In this document: one piece after another, positions 15,501 through 30,698 of the stretch
Layout of the letters: each line of letters opens with the position of its first letter
Position numbering within the stretch: the first letter of the stretch is position 1
Assembly: GCA_965153355.1 (NCBI GenBank)
Contig: OZ231126.1
Span: 620,001 to 684,000 of the forward strand
Reading direction: 5' to 3'
Length of the DNA stretch: 64,000 bases
From: Flaccisagitta enflata
Lineage: Eukaryota
Position numbers and translations under genes: made by a program
The notes under the pieces: model-generated
Databases searched by the model: none
The model's input: only the letters and a program-made list of their open reading frames with translations
What the model was told of the DNA's origin: nothing

Positions 15501-15610
15501 CAGAATTTTCTGAATATCTGTCACACAACCCAAAATTCTCCAATGTTGATCACACAACCCCAAATTCTCCAAATGTATGTCACACAACCCAGTATTCTCC
15601 AATGTATATC
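12573..15610. repeat. ~27-28 bp minisatellite array
   Basis: Unit tgtctgtcacacaacccaaaattctccaa, tens of copies, interrupted by the 14535-15458 element. Confidence 0.95.
14535..15458. mobile_element. TIR element inserted into the 27-bp satellite
   Basis: TIRs tagtccgccagcgaatttggg / cccaaattcgctggcggacta. ctgtca is duplicated on both sides and the satellite continues after it. Confidence 0.75.
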
Positions 15611-15988
15611 GCACGGCCTAGAATTCTCCAATGTATGAAAGTTGGACAACATTACTACTCCACACTATAAAAAGGACAAGAGCCTTTGGAGCTCTTCATG
15701 GTGTTTAATCCGGACCCATCACAACTATCCTTAAAATATCTGATAGAAACTTCCCTTTTCAGAATTTATCACAAGACTTTTCAAAAGATATGTATCATTT
15801 AGAAAAGGGTCACCAATTCCTGTCTAAACTTGAGATATGTAGACCACAAGAAAACACCTGATAATATGGCGGACCGAAGGAGACCATATTCTCATACTCC
15901 CCATATACTAAAATAGCAAGCAACTGAAACTCTCTCCTTCCTGAAACAACACTCTTGAAGTATCTTATGTCAACCCCAAATTATGTCA

Positions 15989-16485
15989 CAGTTGGGTGCT
16001 TCGCATAGAAAAAGTTGGTTATTTCTTTTCGCCCTCTTTACCAAATGTGGAGTGGATAATTTTAGAACCCTTACCATTTTTCGTCTATAAAAAATCGTTC
16101 ATCTTACGTTTTTAAAGAAAATCGTTTTTGAGGACCTAATTTGCATAATGCTGACATTGTTTGAATCAGCTTTCACAAACTTCTGCTCTTTATAGAGTTG
16201 TAATTCTGCCTTTTTATAATCTCTTTCACAGCTTATTTTCTGATGTTTTAGTTTATTTTTACAAACTCATGATTTTTTAAATTAAATAATTGTCCTTTTT
16301 GTAACAAAACTACACAGGATTTTGCTGAATTCTGGGAAATCAGTGGGAACTTAAAGGTCATAACAAAAAAGATGAAGGAATTTTGAAAAAAAGAAAATGG
16401 TCATCTTTATGATTTTTGCTCCTCCACATTACCTTAATAGGGAAAAGGGATACTCACAACTTTTGCTATGTGAAGCATCCAAATG
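15989..16485. mobile_element. MITE
   Basis: Imperfect TIRs cagttgggtgcttcgcatag / ctatgtgaagcatccaaatg, flanked by tca on both sides. Confidence 0.55.
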
Positions 16486-18865
16486 TCACAGCACCCAGTT
16501 TCACCCAGTCAAACAAAGAAGGCAGTGGGGCAGCCTAAAAGGTGGCAGTGAAAACACCCACAGGCGGTAGTGGGACCGCCTACAGGCGGCAGTGGGAACG
16601 CCCACAGGCGGCAGCGGGACCGCCCACAGGTCGCCCACAGGTGGTGGTTAGACCGCCCACAGGCGGCCATTATTTATAACACAGATTTGTCTGGATACAA
16701 ATAATAAATAATTTCTATGAATTATTGCCTTTGTTTTTCATGCCCAATCAAGTTTTCGTGGAACACATTATGGCGAACGCCACTTGTTAATCTGTCTCTT
16801 GGCAAACGAGTGTACGGACATAACGTCATATTTCAATCGCGTAAATAAACGAATGCCGGTCAAATTTTGGAAAAAGGAAAACGACGATCGTCTTGAAATC
16901 AACAGCCCCATTTTGTGTCAGCGTGACGATCTCGGAATCAGTCATCACCCTTATTTGGTATCAATCAATTATGGAAATTCTACTCGGACATATGACCAAA
17001 GTGTGCAAAATGCAAAATCACATAATAATATCACATGTAAAAGGAAAATATGGTCAGATCATTTCATTCTAATATGGAGAAGAGAGAGCAAGGAGTGGCA
17101 CGACTGTAAATGATGAATTCCCTTGAACTTTTCCTTCTAGATATATTGAGTTGATTTGTAATTGCGTACGGTCTGGTCGTATGTTCGATTTGCATTTCCA
17201 AACCTGATTGATACCGACCCTCACAATAGGGGGGGACGAGGGGGTGTGGGTGGTGTGGAACTGTGGATGGGAGAGAAGGAAAGGTGGCGATGGTGTATGG
17301 TGATTGGACAGCAGGATGGCTCAAAGTGAGGTCGTATTCAACGCTCATGATACTCACGGGTAAAATGCATCATTAGATTTTTTCTATCATAGATGCGAAT
17401 TTTAGAATTTGGGGATGCTTGGATGAAGTTCACTCATGACCACCACCCCTCTCCCCCAACAAGACAGGGGGTGTTCTTTCAAGCAATTTCCATTTGATAA
17501 ACCAGGTTCAAAAGCGAAACAATTTGAGCCAGCGACCACAGCTAAACTACTCAACACCCAAAGCTAAGATTTGGTTCAAATAAATGCCAAAACATTTTAT
17601 TTTAGGCGCTTTAATCAGAATTTGAGTACTTCTATTAGTTCTCAAGGTATGTTGTCATCTTTTCTTTTATTTGAAAAAAAGTCTTACTCTATTTTGATCT
17701 CTCTATGACACTCTCTTGGAAAACGGCGAGTCAGGCGCCTCGTGGGCCCCTATATTTTTGAACGCCCTTGCTTTTCCCAAATACAGTGCTGCGCAAAAAT
17801 AAGTTTAAAGCAATTTAACAGCAAATTATTTTAGAAGTAATGATTCTAAATAATTAAAATCTATAATATTTTTGAACCTCTTTGAAATTTTACAAATCTA
17901 GTCCAATCCTATTCTTGTAATTTAATTTGTTGAATAGCTATACAAGTTTAAACAGGAGAAGGAATTAACCAGTATCAATAATTGATAAAACATAATGTAG
18001 ACCTTGTTTTTCTTTCATGGACTGAAAACAATTCATGATTCATACTTCATATCCATGAGCATTGTATAATTTCAAAAAATTCACAAATCTAGACCAAGAA
18101 GATTTTTATAGCTTGATTTGTTTTCGAATGATATCAGTTCAAAGTGAATCAATCATGTTTTTAAGCAACCAAAATGTCACTATCTTTTGCTCTTTTTCCC
18201 ACAGCAATTTTGATTTGTACCATTTAAAAACAATGTCACGCCTAACCTAAAAGAGCTAAAAATTTAGGATTGGTCCCGAATAAAAAAAAAAATGAAAATC
18301 CTTTAATAATCTCACTGAAAAAAGGTTTTATCATCTATAGAACACACAAAAGACTAATGACAAAACCTGAAATTTATTTTTGCGCCGCACTGTAGAACCA
18401 GAAGAATGAAGATGAAACAAGTAACGCGGGGTTACAATATCGTCGTGGACGGGTGCAGAGGGGTGCACAACCCCGCCTGTCACCCCCCCCCCCATCCACA
18501 ACCCCCCTACCAAACACAGACACGCACACACACAATACCTTAAAAAACACAATTTCTCACTTTCCAGCTTGAATGTGATGCCGATGGATGGATGGAAGGA
18601 ATGACAGACGGACGGAAGGATGGACGGACAGATGGATAGAGGGAAACGGATGGACCGATGGACGAACCAACGGACGGACAAAGCCTCTTATAGAGTCGCC
18701 AGTCCGCGACTTATAACTCGGAAATGTTGTAAAAGAAAATAGGGTTTTACTATAGAGTTGTTTCTTAACAGATTAATTTGATGAATTTGCTCAGTCTTTA
18801 ATCTAATTAACAAAAATAATCCACTTTTCCCGATTTTTTTTGCAAGCTTTTTTGATGCGCGAGAG

Positions 18866-18925
<60 letters not shown>

Positions 18926-21690
18926 TTATTGGTTTTACTATGAAAAAAATAGACGGACCGACGGACGAGCCGACGGACGGACCGTCAAAGCAAGGTGTAG
19001 AGTTGCGTGTCCGCGGCTAATAACTGACATAACTTTTACTTTTACCCGAAAGAAAATGGGCTATGTTTCGACAATCGCAATTGCTGATAATATAGCTCTG
19101 TGATTAAGCAATAGAGCATCGCACTGACCAAAACGCAGCGTTGTTTTTATTGTTGCTTATGTTGTTTTTATTGTTGCTTATGTTGTTTTCATTGTTGCTC
19201 TTGTTGTTTTCGATGGTGTCGTTAAAGCCCTTGGCGGTTTATTTCAAGTAATTTTTTTATTTCTTTTTCATTTTCATTTTCGATCGGTGATAAAGCGGAG
19301 ATGCATCATCTTCGTACCCTCTAAAATTGATGAATTTATGAGATAATGACATCAAACTAAAAAGGGCAGAGGAAGATCTTGACGTGCTTAAATAGCAAAT
19401 AAATAACATTTAAAGATATCACTAAAAAGCGTAGTAAGATCGAACGCATACAAGATATATTCTTACCCTCAATGTTTGGCGAATATGATAGTAATAGCGA
19501 CACCAAACCAAAGAGGGCAGAGGAATATTCTCGACGAGCTGTGCGTGAGTGTGAATGAGTGACTTTCGCCTTTGCTGACGTATCTCCAATCGTACCATTA
19601 AAGGCAAATCTCGCCATGCGAAAAAGTGCAAATGCGCTTGTTTTTTTTTTCTGTCTTTTCTTTTGAATCTCATTTCATTTTTTTCCTCTTTCACTTTCAC
19701 TCTGTTTTTTGTCACAGACAGATTTTAGATGGTCAGCGATATGCCCCTAACTAAGTGTATGTAGTTATGAGATTGTGTGAGGGGCGGTGGCATTAAAGGG
19801 ATAAATGACCTTTGCTTGGACTGATGAGGAGACATGGAGCATTTTTAGGCAAATGGGGTTGAAACAAAGATCTTAGAGCTGCAATTTCGGCCACAAGGTC
19901 GAGATCTAGGAATTTGGCCTGGAGGTAGGAATTGGGGCCTCACAGCTGCAAAACAGGTTTATTGGCTGAATTTTAGGCTGGAGGTTGGAATTTTGGCCTT
20001 GAGGCCTGGGATTTTGATTACTCATTGGCCCTAGTGGAGCCCCTGCCCAAAAATGCAATAATGTAACCTTGTGTGTTATGTTCTTCCCCCTCTTGTGGGT
20101 TCTACCTTTAAGAAATACGCCTGTAATAATGTTTTGCCTAAAAAGAAATGTATATTAAGACTCAAAGAATTTCTTTTGCTTTCCATAACAAAATATTTTG
20201 TTGGTCCCTTGGAGTTTATTAGAGTAATTCTTTACTGTCTTCATCCCCTCTTCTCTTCTTAGCTTCCCTCATTTGCCTCTCCTCATGGCCTCAGCCAATC
20301 TTCTTGCTACTTCCCTCTCCTTTTTGGGCAGCGGCCCCAGAGGTGACGGAGTCCTGTAAAAAACAGCGGGACTTTCGTTCGTCCTTCCATCTGTCCTTCC
20401 ATCCGTCCCTCCATCCATCCTTCCATCCATTTGTTCCCCCCACAAGGCCTCTCAGACCTGAAATCTGCCCTTTCAGACCTGAAATCTGCCCTCTCAGACC
20501 TGAAATCCATCCTGTCAGGCCAGAAATCTGCCCTGTCAGACCTGAAATCTGCCCTATAAGACCTGAAATCTGCCCTGTCAGGACTGAAATCTGTCCTGTC
20601 AGACCTGAAATCTGTCCTCTCTGGTGTGTAATCTACCATCTCAGGACTGAAATATGCTTTTTGGGCAGCGGCCCCAAAGGGGACGAAGTCCTGTAGAACA
20701 CAAGGGGACTTTCATTTGTCCGTCTATCCCTTCATTCGTTCGTTTGTTAGTCCCCCCCCTTCATCGGTCCCCTCAGGCCTCAAATCCAGCCTCTCAGAAC
20801 TCAAATCCAGCCTCTCAGGCCTCAAATCCAGCCTCTCAGGCCTCAAATCCAGCCTCTCAGGCTTCAAATCTGGCCTCTCAGGCCTCAAATCTTGCCTCTC
20901 TGGCCTCAGGCCTCAAACCTGGCCTCTCATGCCTCAAATTAGGCCTCTCAGGCCTCAAGTTAGCCATTAAAACCTCAATTTATTGCTCTCAGGCTTCAAA
21001 TCAGTCCTCTTGCCTTTCAAGCCTTAATCCAGCTCTCTCAAGCCTCAAGTTAGCACTCTCAAGCTTCCAATTGGTATTCTTGGGCCTTATAACAGTCTCC
21101 TTAGACCTCAGTTTAGGCTCTTGAATGCCTCCAGTCAGCCCTCTATAGCATCTCATCCACTTCTTCAGGTAGGAAGAGCGTAAGTCCCCCTGTGTTCCAC
21201 AGGACTCTGTCCCCTTCAGGGCCGCTGCCCTGCTTCCCCTCCTACCAATTCACAATCAATCAAAGCAGGGCAACGGGTATCTCTGACCACCTATTGCCCT
21301 TGGGCGACCTGTTCATACCCAAAATTATTTCTCCCAGGCCTCAAATCAACCCTCTCAGACCTCAAACTTGGCTTCTCAGACATCAATTCAGCCCTTAGGC
21401 CTCAAATCTGCCATCTCAGGGCTCAAATCTGCCCTCTCAGTCCTCAATTCAGCCATTTCAGGCCACCAATCTACGCTCACAGGCTTCAAATTAGCCATCT
21501 TAGGACACGGATAGACAGAACAAATAAAAGTCCCTCTTTGGGGCCGCTGCCCTGCTTCCTTTCACTCGAATTCACAATGATGCAAAGCAGGGCATCAGAT
21601 ATTGCTTACAACATATTGCCCTTGTGCGACCTGTTTTCCCCAAAATCTCCAATCCAATGTTCCAAAAACTCTATGGTGTCAATTTACTAA

Positions 21691-22641
21691 ATAACTATGG
21701 CAAAAAAAAAAAAGACAGTAATTTTCAAAATGATATTGTGAGCTCATTTTTTAGAGCAGCTTTATAGTTTTCTAGACCATGATAGTTTGTCGAATTTGCT
21801 ACCTAGCAAAAAAATCAGATCTTGAAAAAGTTTATTTTTGCGCCCATAGCATTGATTTTTGCAAAATTTTTCTATTGAACAATCGCCGAGTTGGTATCAG
21901 TTTCAGTTTAGATCTAACTTTGAAAATCAACTGTGAGCTCAATTTTTAGAGCAAGATCAAAGTTTTTGAGATGGTAATAGCATGTCAAATTTCTGACACA
22001 GTGAAGAAATCAGAACTCAAAAAAGTTTATCTTTGTAGCTGCAACATCAATTTTTGTAAAATTGGTTGAAGGTGGATGGTCAAAATAAAAAAACATTTAT
22101 TCAGAGTTGATTTCAAATGTTAATCTTTTTTTGTACCTTTATATATTTTTTAAATGATGATAGTATTAAAAGTTTTTGACACAGAACTCAAAAAAATGTA
22201 TTTTTGCACTAGTATCATCAATTTTTGTGAATAGACCTCCAAAAAAAATTTAGATTTGATATCCAGTTTTGACAGATTTTACAAGAATTGATGTAGAATT
22301 TACAAAAATAAACTTTTTTGAATTCTGATTTTTTTGCTATGTCAGAAATTTGACCTGCTATCACCATCTCAAAAATATTGATCTTGCTCTAAAAATTGAG
22401 CTCAGAGTAAATTTTCAAAGTTTGATCTGAACTGAAACTTATTTGGCAGTGGTTCAATTGACAAATTTTGCAAAACTCAATGCTGTGGGTGCAAAAATCA
22501 ACTTTTACAAGATCTTATTTTTTTACCAGGTAGCAAATTTGACGAATTATCACAGTCTGAAAAATTATAAAGCTGCTCTGAAAAATGAGCTCACAATATC
22601 ATTTTGAAAATTACTGTCTTTTTTTATTTTGCCATAGTTAC
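21691..22641. mobile_element. Long hairpin (foldback) element
   Basis: Starts taactatggcaaaa...gacagtaattttcaaaatgatattgtgagctca and ends with its reverse complement. The arms pair over most of the length. The same termini bound about 51324-51924. Confidence 0.75.
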
Positions 22642-23068
22642 ATTCAATTTTATAACAAAAAGTAATGGGAAAACAGAATCCCTCTGCAGGTCTCAAAAAA
22701 CTGAAGACCATTCTTTGACTTTTTTTTCTTCTAAATCACACCCGTATCATATGTCTAGATACCCACATCATTTTTGTCGACAATCCATTTATTATGTACC
22801 AGTAAGAAAAAACCATTTCGACATTTGTGTCAAGTAAGCGGGCTTCCATTTCCCTCTTTTAGTCGTCTAGTACCCACTCCTTTTCGATTTAAGGCAATTT
22901 AATATCACGAGATCAGACAAAATCATGATCGAGTACTTCATACAAGGCTGCCCTTGTTATATGCGGGTGAGAAATGACTCGGAAGCAGATTGTCGATAGT
23001 CGATTTGGGCAGGGGCAGTGATGTAACTAGTTTCCACATTCGTCGCGCCATCATAGAATATGGTAAAA

Positions 23069-23520
<452 letters not shown>

Positions 23521-23541
23521 TTTTTCTCCTCAACAAGTTCT

Positions 23542-24130
23542 ATGAAAGTTGACACAACATTGCCCTTACAAAAGGAGGCCAGAATTCTCCAATTTACTAA
23601 GGATGAAAGCCTTGCAAGTTTTCAATGGTGTTTTTGATTGCTCACAACTATCCTTTATCAAAGACAAATAAAAAAAGATGCTTACCTGACAAAACTATCA
23701 GCTTGACTGCATACCTAATTAGTATAGGGTCGGACAGGCCTATACCATTTAGTATACACAAAATATCTTACAAAAGTAACAATCAAAGATTACTAATATA
23801 CTGGTGGAAGTACTGACACTAGCAATATTGATTAGAAAACCATACCCTTAGAGGCAAGAATTGAGTTACAACCATATGGGACCGCCGTCATTCTCTACCA
23901 AGGTACTGATACTTATGAAAGTTGAAACAACATTGCCCTTACAAAAGGAGGCCAGAATTCTCCAATTTACAAAGGATGAAAGCCTTGCAAGCTTTCAATG
24001 GTGTTTACTCCGGATTGCTCACAACTATCCTTTATCAAAGACAAATGAAAAAAGATGCTTACCTGACAAAACTGACACTTTTTTCAAATCGTCTCATTTG
24101 AAAGATATGTACTTGGAGATCAAAAAACAT
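23542..24130 (+). repeat. Dispersed repeat, locally tandem
   Basis: atgaaagttga(a/c)acaacattgccctta... at 23542 and 23915; also at about 2283, 2649 and 15635. Confidence 0.75.
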
Positions 24131-25026
24131 TACTGATATGCAAGATGGGGTCCCTTGAAATTTATTCTTTATCCTCCCTGCGGACCGGGGACAAACATGA
24201 CCCCGGAAAGATTTTTAGTTGCGTGCACGCGACTCTACAATCCGCTATGTCGGTCCGTCGGTCCATCCGTCGGTCCACCAAACTTTACCTTTTATTTTAC
24301 TTTAGGTCATTTCTAGTCATTCTAGGTCATTTTTAGTCATTCTAAGTCATTCTAAGTCATTCTATGACATTCTAAGTCATTTTAAGTCATTTTAAGTCAT
24401 TTTGAGTTACATTAAGTCACTAAAGTCAATTTGGTTGTATTAAGTTATATTAAGTCACTAAAGTCAATTTGGTTATATTAAGTTATATTAAGTCACTTAG
24501 GTTAATTTGGTCATTTAGGTCATTTTTCATCATTTTATATCTTTATTAGTCATTTTAAATGATCTTGAGTCATTTAATGTCAATTTATCTATGTCACGCA
24601 TGCGACTTATAGGTGTTGGCCTTGTTTTTTGGCGCACTCAAAAACCGTCGGAAGCTTTTTGTTCATGATTTAGTCGGGATTGTTTCAAAGATCCGCGATG
24701 CAGAGCAAGTTGGTTTATTTCGCCACATCATGACAATCAAGAAAACAAAAGTGCATCGAAAAATGATGACAAATTTGAGGGAAAACAAGTGACGCGGGGT
24801 CGTTGCGGACGGGTGGGTAGGGGCGTTTATCCCCCACCCACACCCCAACCCCCAACCCACGCACAAACATACACAGAAAGTATCTAAAACGCTCGTTTTT
24901 CCACTTTTCGACTCAATCATTACCGACGGACAGACCAACAGATCGACGGACGGACCAGCGGACGGACCAACAGACGGACGGACGGACAAAGCCTTTTTAT
25001 AGAGTTGCGTGTCCGCAACTAAAAAT

Positions 25027-25057
<31 letters not shown>

Positions 25058-25060
25058 GCA

Positions 25061-25295
25061 AAAAAGGCCGGATACACGGCTACCCCAGTCGCGTGCGGGT
25101 GGGCAGGGGCTGTAATTGAGGTCCCCAGATCATTTGGGCAGGAGCAGTGAAGCCAAAAATCCCAAAAACCCCAAAAAAGTAAAGTGTGACGGACGGACCG
25201 ACGGACCGACGGACCGACGGACCGACGGACCGACGGACCGACGGACGGACCGACAAAGCGGGGTGTAGAGTCGCGTAGCACGCGACTAAAAAAAA
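25061..25295. mobile_element. Helentron/HINE-like family A (representative copy)
   Basis: aaggccggatacacggc...agtcgcgtgcgggtgggcagggg, then an internal (gacg/gacc)n tract, then the palindrome agtcgcgt(a)gcacgcgact and an A-run. Related copies at about 4146-4355, 8120-8320, 18415-18712, 24783-25025, 42180-42405, 45761-46015, 46515-46712, 52563-52730, 56042-56250 and 62312-62497. The class is inferred from structure. Confidence 0.6.
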
Positions 25296-25672
25296 AAGGC
25301 CGTTTTCTTCCCCCTAAGATCCCCAAGCCGAAAGAATGAAGATATCTCTCTTATACATATTCAATATTCTGGATGCCTCCATATTCAAAATTTGTTTATT
25401 CTCTCATCCATATTCAAAAAATGATAAAGTAACTCAAGAGAATACTATACAAACGGGTATGACTAAGACCTACATTTTATCATTTTGGGCAACGGGCTTG
25501 GATGCGCTGATAATCGTTAATTCCAAGTTGATTTTGATTTCTCGTTAATTGATAATTGTCTCTTTTGCCCTGGTCGGCTATCAATGAGGGTACGGATGGA
25601 TAAGCAGAAGAAGAAGAAGAAGAAGAAGAAGAAGAAGAAGAAGAAGAAGAAGAAGAAGAAGAAGAAAAAGAA

Positions 25673-25719
<47 letters not shown>

Positions 25720-26780
25720 AGAAGAAGAAGAAGAAAAAGAAGAAGAAGAAGATGAAGAAGAAGAAGAAGAAGAAGAAGATGAAGAAGCAGAAGGAAAAAA
25801 TTCCCCTTATGTGCGAAAGCATAAGTCACCGCTCCCCTCGGGGACCCCAAAAGGAACTTCACCCATGAAGTTTTAAAAAGAAAACAAAATACTTTCTTCC
25901 GAAACGAGACTACATTAACGAGCATTTTACACCTGTTAAACATCTCATTTTAATTTCGATCATGTGGCTCAAAAAGGCTAAGAAACGTGCCAATTCAAAT
26001 CGTGTAACTAATTCGTCTGAAGCTAAATGTTGTACTGCCGTTACCCTTACCATTTCAAAGTCCTTTCCTCATCACAACATATCGCATTGCAAGCCATCAG
26101 GCCATATCTAAGAAGAAATGCAATCACTTCATGATGCCGTAAATGATGCGATCAGGAAACTTTGTTCCTAAAAATTGTGACAACATTATAAGACCCGACT
26201 GAAATCTTTTCTACTACAAAAAGAAGTTTTGAAAGCCGTTTGCCTCAAATTGGCAATGCATTACTATCTTTTTGAAACGTTAACAATTGTAATTATCCTG
26301 TAATTTTAGTTGAATTCATTAACAAATTAATCAATTAACTAATTGTCCTGTAGTTTTAGTTGAATTTTGTTCCTCTCAGCTCTGTGTTTTCAAATTCGAA
26401 GACGAATTCTAAAAAAAGTCGAAGTTGTGAAGATTCTTCGAATTTTTGACTGGCCTAGATTTTGTAAAATGCGATTTTTTGAACGATTTGACTGAGCAAA
26501 AACGGCAGTGTGGCAGTCGGTTATTATTGGGTAAATTTTTGCAAAATTGAATTGTCAGAAGTAAGGATGTGGAAACGATCCATTTCAGTGAAATGGGATA
26601 GCTACAAAATGGAAGCGGAAGTGGAAGCGGTGGAAGCGGCATGAAAATTGACCGCTTCCACATCTCTAGTCAGAAATCAAAGTGAGAAGAAAATGAAAAA
26701 AAGGGACTCGACAAAGAAGAGAAATCCCAGGTTTACGACTTTTTTTCCCGTCGGGGATAGCCGCCTTTATTGGTAAAACA

Positions 26781-27410
26781 TACAGTAGATGTCGTCTAGA
26801 TTTGGAAATATGGGAAATACAGGAAGACAAATATACTTAAGATACTGATATTTGAAATATAAACTAATAAAAGGATGCTTTGTTGCCCATGGGTGTTGGT
26901 TGCCATGGAAACACATTTCTATGTATTCACGCTAAAGTATCTATATTTTGAGAAATTTTTTGAGGGAACATTGTTTAAAATAAAATTTGCTACAACTTTC
27001 CAACAATATGTTCTGTAAAAATATTGCTCGTTTAGCCATTGCTAGGGAGCTATGTGTGACAGCTATGTGACAGCTGTGTGACAGCTATGTGTGACAGCTA
27101 TGTGTGACAGCCCTGTGATGATCCCTAGCAACTGCCAAACAAGCGATGTTCTTATAGAACATATTATGGGAAAGTTGTAGCAAATTTTATTTCAAACAAT
27201 GTTCCCTCAAAAAATGTATCAAAATATTGATACTTTAACGAAAATACATGAAAATGTGTTTCTATGGCAACCAACACCCATGGGCTATGAAGCATCCTTT
27301 TATTAGTTTATATTCCAAATATCAGTTTATCAGTTTATCAGTTTATCAGTTTATTTGTCTTCCTGTAATGAATTCCCCCGTATTTCCAAGTCTAGACGAC
27401 ATCTACTGTA
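26781..27410. mobile_element. Palindromic Tc1/mariner-like MITE
   Basis: tacagtagatgtcgtctaga ... tctagacgacatctactgta; arms pair for about 270 bp around a (tgtgacagcta)n centre. Confidence 0.8.
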
Positions 27411-27757
27411 TATATAAAAGCTTTAGATCAGTTCTCTAACAGTTTAACTCGGGTCCAGATTCCATCGTCAGTTCTGGAAAGAAACATGACGCATGAAGAA
27501 GAAGAAGAAGAAGAAGAGTTCATGCTGATCTTGGCTTAAACATGATTATCACGAATTTTGATCGGTAAGGAAAACCTGCCTTATTGAGAACTACCAAAAT
27601 ACGTCAACGAAGGGCTTCCATTTTGAGGAAGGTCTCGGAAAAGGAAATTAAAGGAATTAACCAACTTTTTTTGTGCGGGATTTACTAAATCCTAAATAAA
27701 AAGACCAGTGCGCCGGGAAAATAGGAGAGAATCGAAAGAAGTACAATGGAAAGAAAC

Positions 27758-28290
27758 AAATGAATGAATGAATGAATGAATGAATGAATGAATGAATGAA
27801 TGAATGAATGAATGAATGAATGAATGAATGAATGAATGAATGAATAAATGAATGGATGAACACATTTTCGATGATGCTTGATGCAGAAACACGATGTGTA
27901 GCTTTTAAAGACAACTTTTCATTTTCAAATTGAATGAATGAATGAACTAACATATGAATGAGTGAATGACTGAACTGATATATGAATGAATGATAAAATG
28001 AATGAATGAATGAATGAATGCATGAATAAATGAATGAATGGATGAATGAATGAATGAATGAATGAATGAATGAATGAATGAATGAATGAATGAATGCATG
28101 AATAAATGAATGAATGAAAGAATGAATGAATGAATGAATGAATGAATGAATGAATGAATGAATGAATGAATAAATGAATGATTGAATGAATGAATGAATG
28201 AATAAATGAATGAATGGATGAATAAATGAATGAATGAATGAGTGAGTGAATACGAAATTTCATAAATGAATAGATAGTTGAATGAATGAA
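27758..28290. repeat. (TGAA)n microsatellite
   Basis: Read directly. A compound TGAA/TCAA tract also lies at 30548-30972. Confidence 0.95.
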
Positions 28291-29115
28291 TTGGCCACCG
28301 AAGCTCCTCAATTCATAAGCAACTCTCCCTTCTTTTACATGGACCTTCATGATTACTCAAGAAAATTAAGGCTGCTTTTGTTGTGTCGACAAAAATCTTA
28401 AAATTGCTGTATGACAGAATGTAAGTGTCTTATTAGTCAAACACCCGATAGGAGCCCAAGGAACCACTGTCCAAATGATATCACTTCCTAATTCTCAAGC
28501 CCCTGTCATCTCTAAGTTACACAACAAACAAAAGTGTCCATTCTGATATCTGAAACATGATAAATAAATAACGAGCGTGTCAGTTGTTAACGAATAATGA
28601 TACCTAGTTTCCAATAATGTAAATACAAACGAATTTATGCTTAAAAAAAAAGTCACAATCGGATTAATTTGTAAATCTCATCTTATTGTTTTGCACAAAG
28701 ACAATGAGAGAAAAAAAATGCAAGAATGAGTGAGAGAGAGAGAGAGACAAAAAAAAAGAAAAAAAAACCGAAAGAGTAGAGGGGGGGGGGGAAAGGACGA
28801 ATTTACTCGAAAAGGGATTTAAAAGAAGTGATATAGAGGAAAAAACCCTTTTCTTTTATTTACCCGGTTCGGTAAAAAGGCAGTCTCATGATTCATTTGA
28901 TTTGGTGAAAAAAAGAACCTTAGCCTGAGAGAAGAATATTGCAGTGGTGTTGAAATTTGTGTATCCAAGTAGTGTCTTAAAAGAATCTTATGAAAAAATT
29001 ACAACAATAAGATGAAAACAATATAAATATCGCAATAAGAACATTAATAACGACAACGGTCACTGGAGTTACAAAAACAACTACAATCAGATCAACAACG
29101 AAAATAAAACAGCGA

Positions 29116-29680
<565 letters not shown>

Positions 29681-29681
29681 C

Positions 29682-30148
29682 ATGGTGCTATTCGGCGCCA
29701 TAGTCAACGCCTTTTCAGCCGTGACTTCCTTCTTATCTTGTCCTTTACCATTCCTGTGTTCCACGTCTCGCGATAAAACTCCTTGTTTTCCGCCTCGAGG
29801 ATGTTTTTCAAGAACCTCCAAAGACTTTAAACATTTCATAAACGATCCTAAAAACCCGATAGAAATTAACGTTCAATTCAGACTCGTGACGAGACAGTCG
29901 TTGGGATGGGATTTGGGGGCGGGGGGTGGCGTGGGTGGTGGTAGTGGTGGCGCTAGTGGTATTAGTGGCGCCAGCGGTGGCGCAGCAGCAAGTGGTAGTG
30001 GTGCTGGTGTTGGTGCTGGTGGCGCTGGCGCCGGTAGTTTCGGAGGCGGCGCTGCATTTGGCGGATGGGTTGGTGGAGCATCCGGTGCGTCAGGCGCTTC
30101 TCTTGCAACAAACGCCGCGTTGACAGCACCTTTGTCCTCATCGTCATC

Positions 30149-30238
<90 letters not shown>

Positions 30239-30536
30239 TTTATTGGGCCATCCGGGTGCATTGTTGGGAAGATTTGACGTGGGGAGGACATCTTCCTCTT
30301 CTTCTTCTTCCTCCTCCTCCTCCTCCTCCTCCTCTTCCTCCTCCTCCTCCTCCTCCTCATCCTCTTCCATGCCCTCGTCAGCTGAGATCGCGTCTGCCTC
30401 TGGCGCTTCCGCTTTGATTCCGATGAAAGATTTAGAGACAATTCATTGGAAAGACAAAGACTCGATTTCCAAGTCCACGTTTAAAGGAAATCGGAAAACA
30501 TTTATTGTCGTACATGGATTTAGAGGGACAGTGAAG
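29682..30536 (+). CDS. Pancreatic-lipase-family triacylglycerol lipase, exon 1
   Basis: Hydrophobic N-terminus, then CFPPRGCFS...PKNPIEINVQFRLVTRQ (cf. lipase CxxxLGCF...PWSPxxVNTRFLLYT), a Gly/Ala/Ser insert, and STFKGNRKTFIVVHGF. Donor AAG|gtaata, phase 0. Confidence 0.85.
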
Positions 30537-30592
30537 GTAATAGCGAGGAATGAATGGAGGAATGAATGGATGAATGAATGAATGAATGAATG

Positions 30593-30698
<106 letters not shown>

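Noticed and set aside
16784-17113. 109-aa non-repetitive ORF
   Set aside because: No recognisable motif or splice support; part of it recurs at about 62735-62780, suggesting a repeat.
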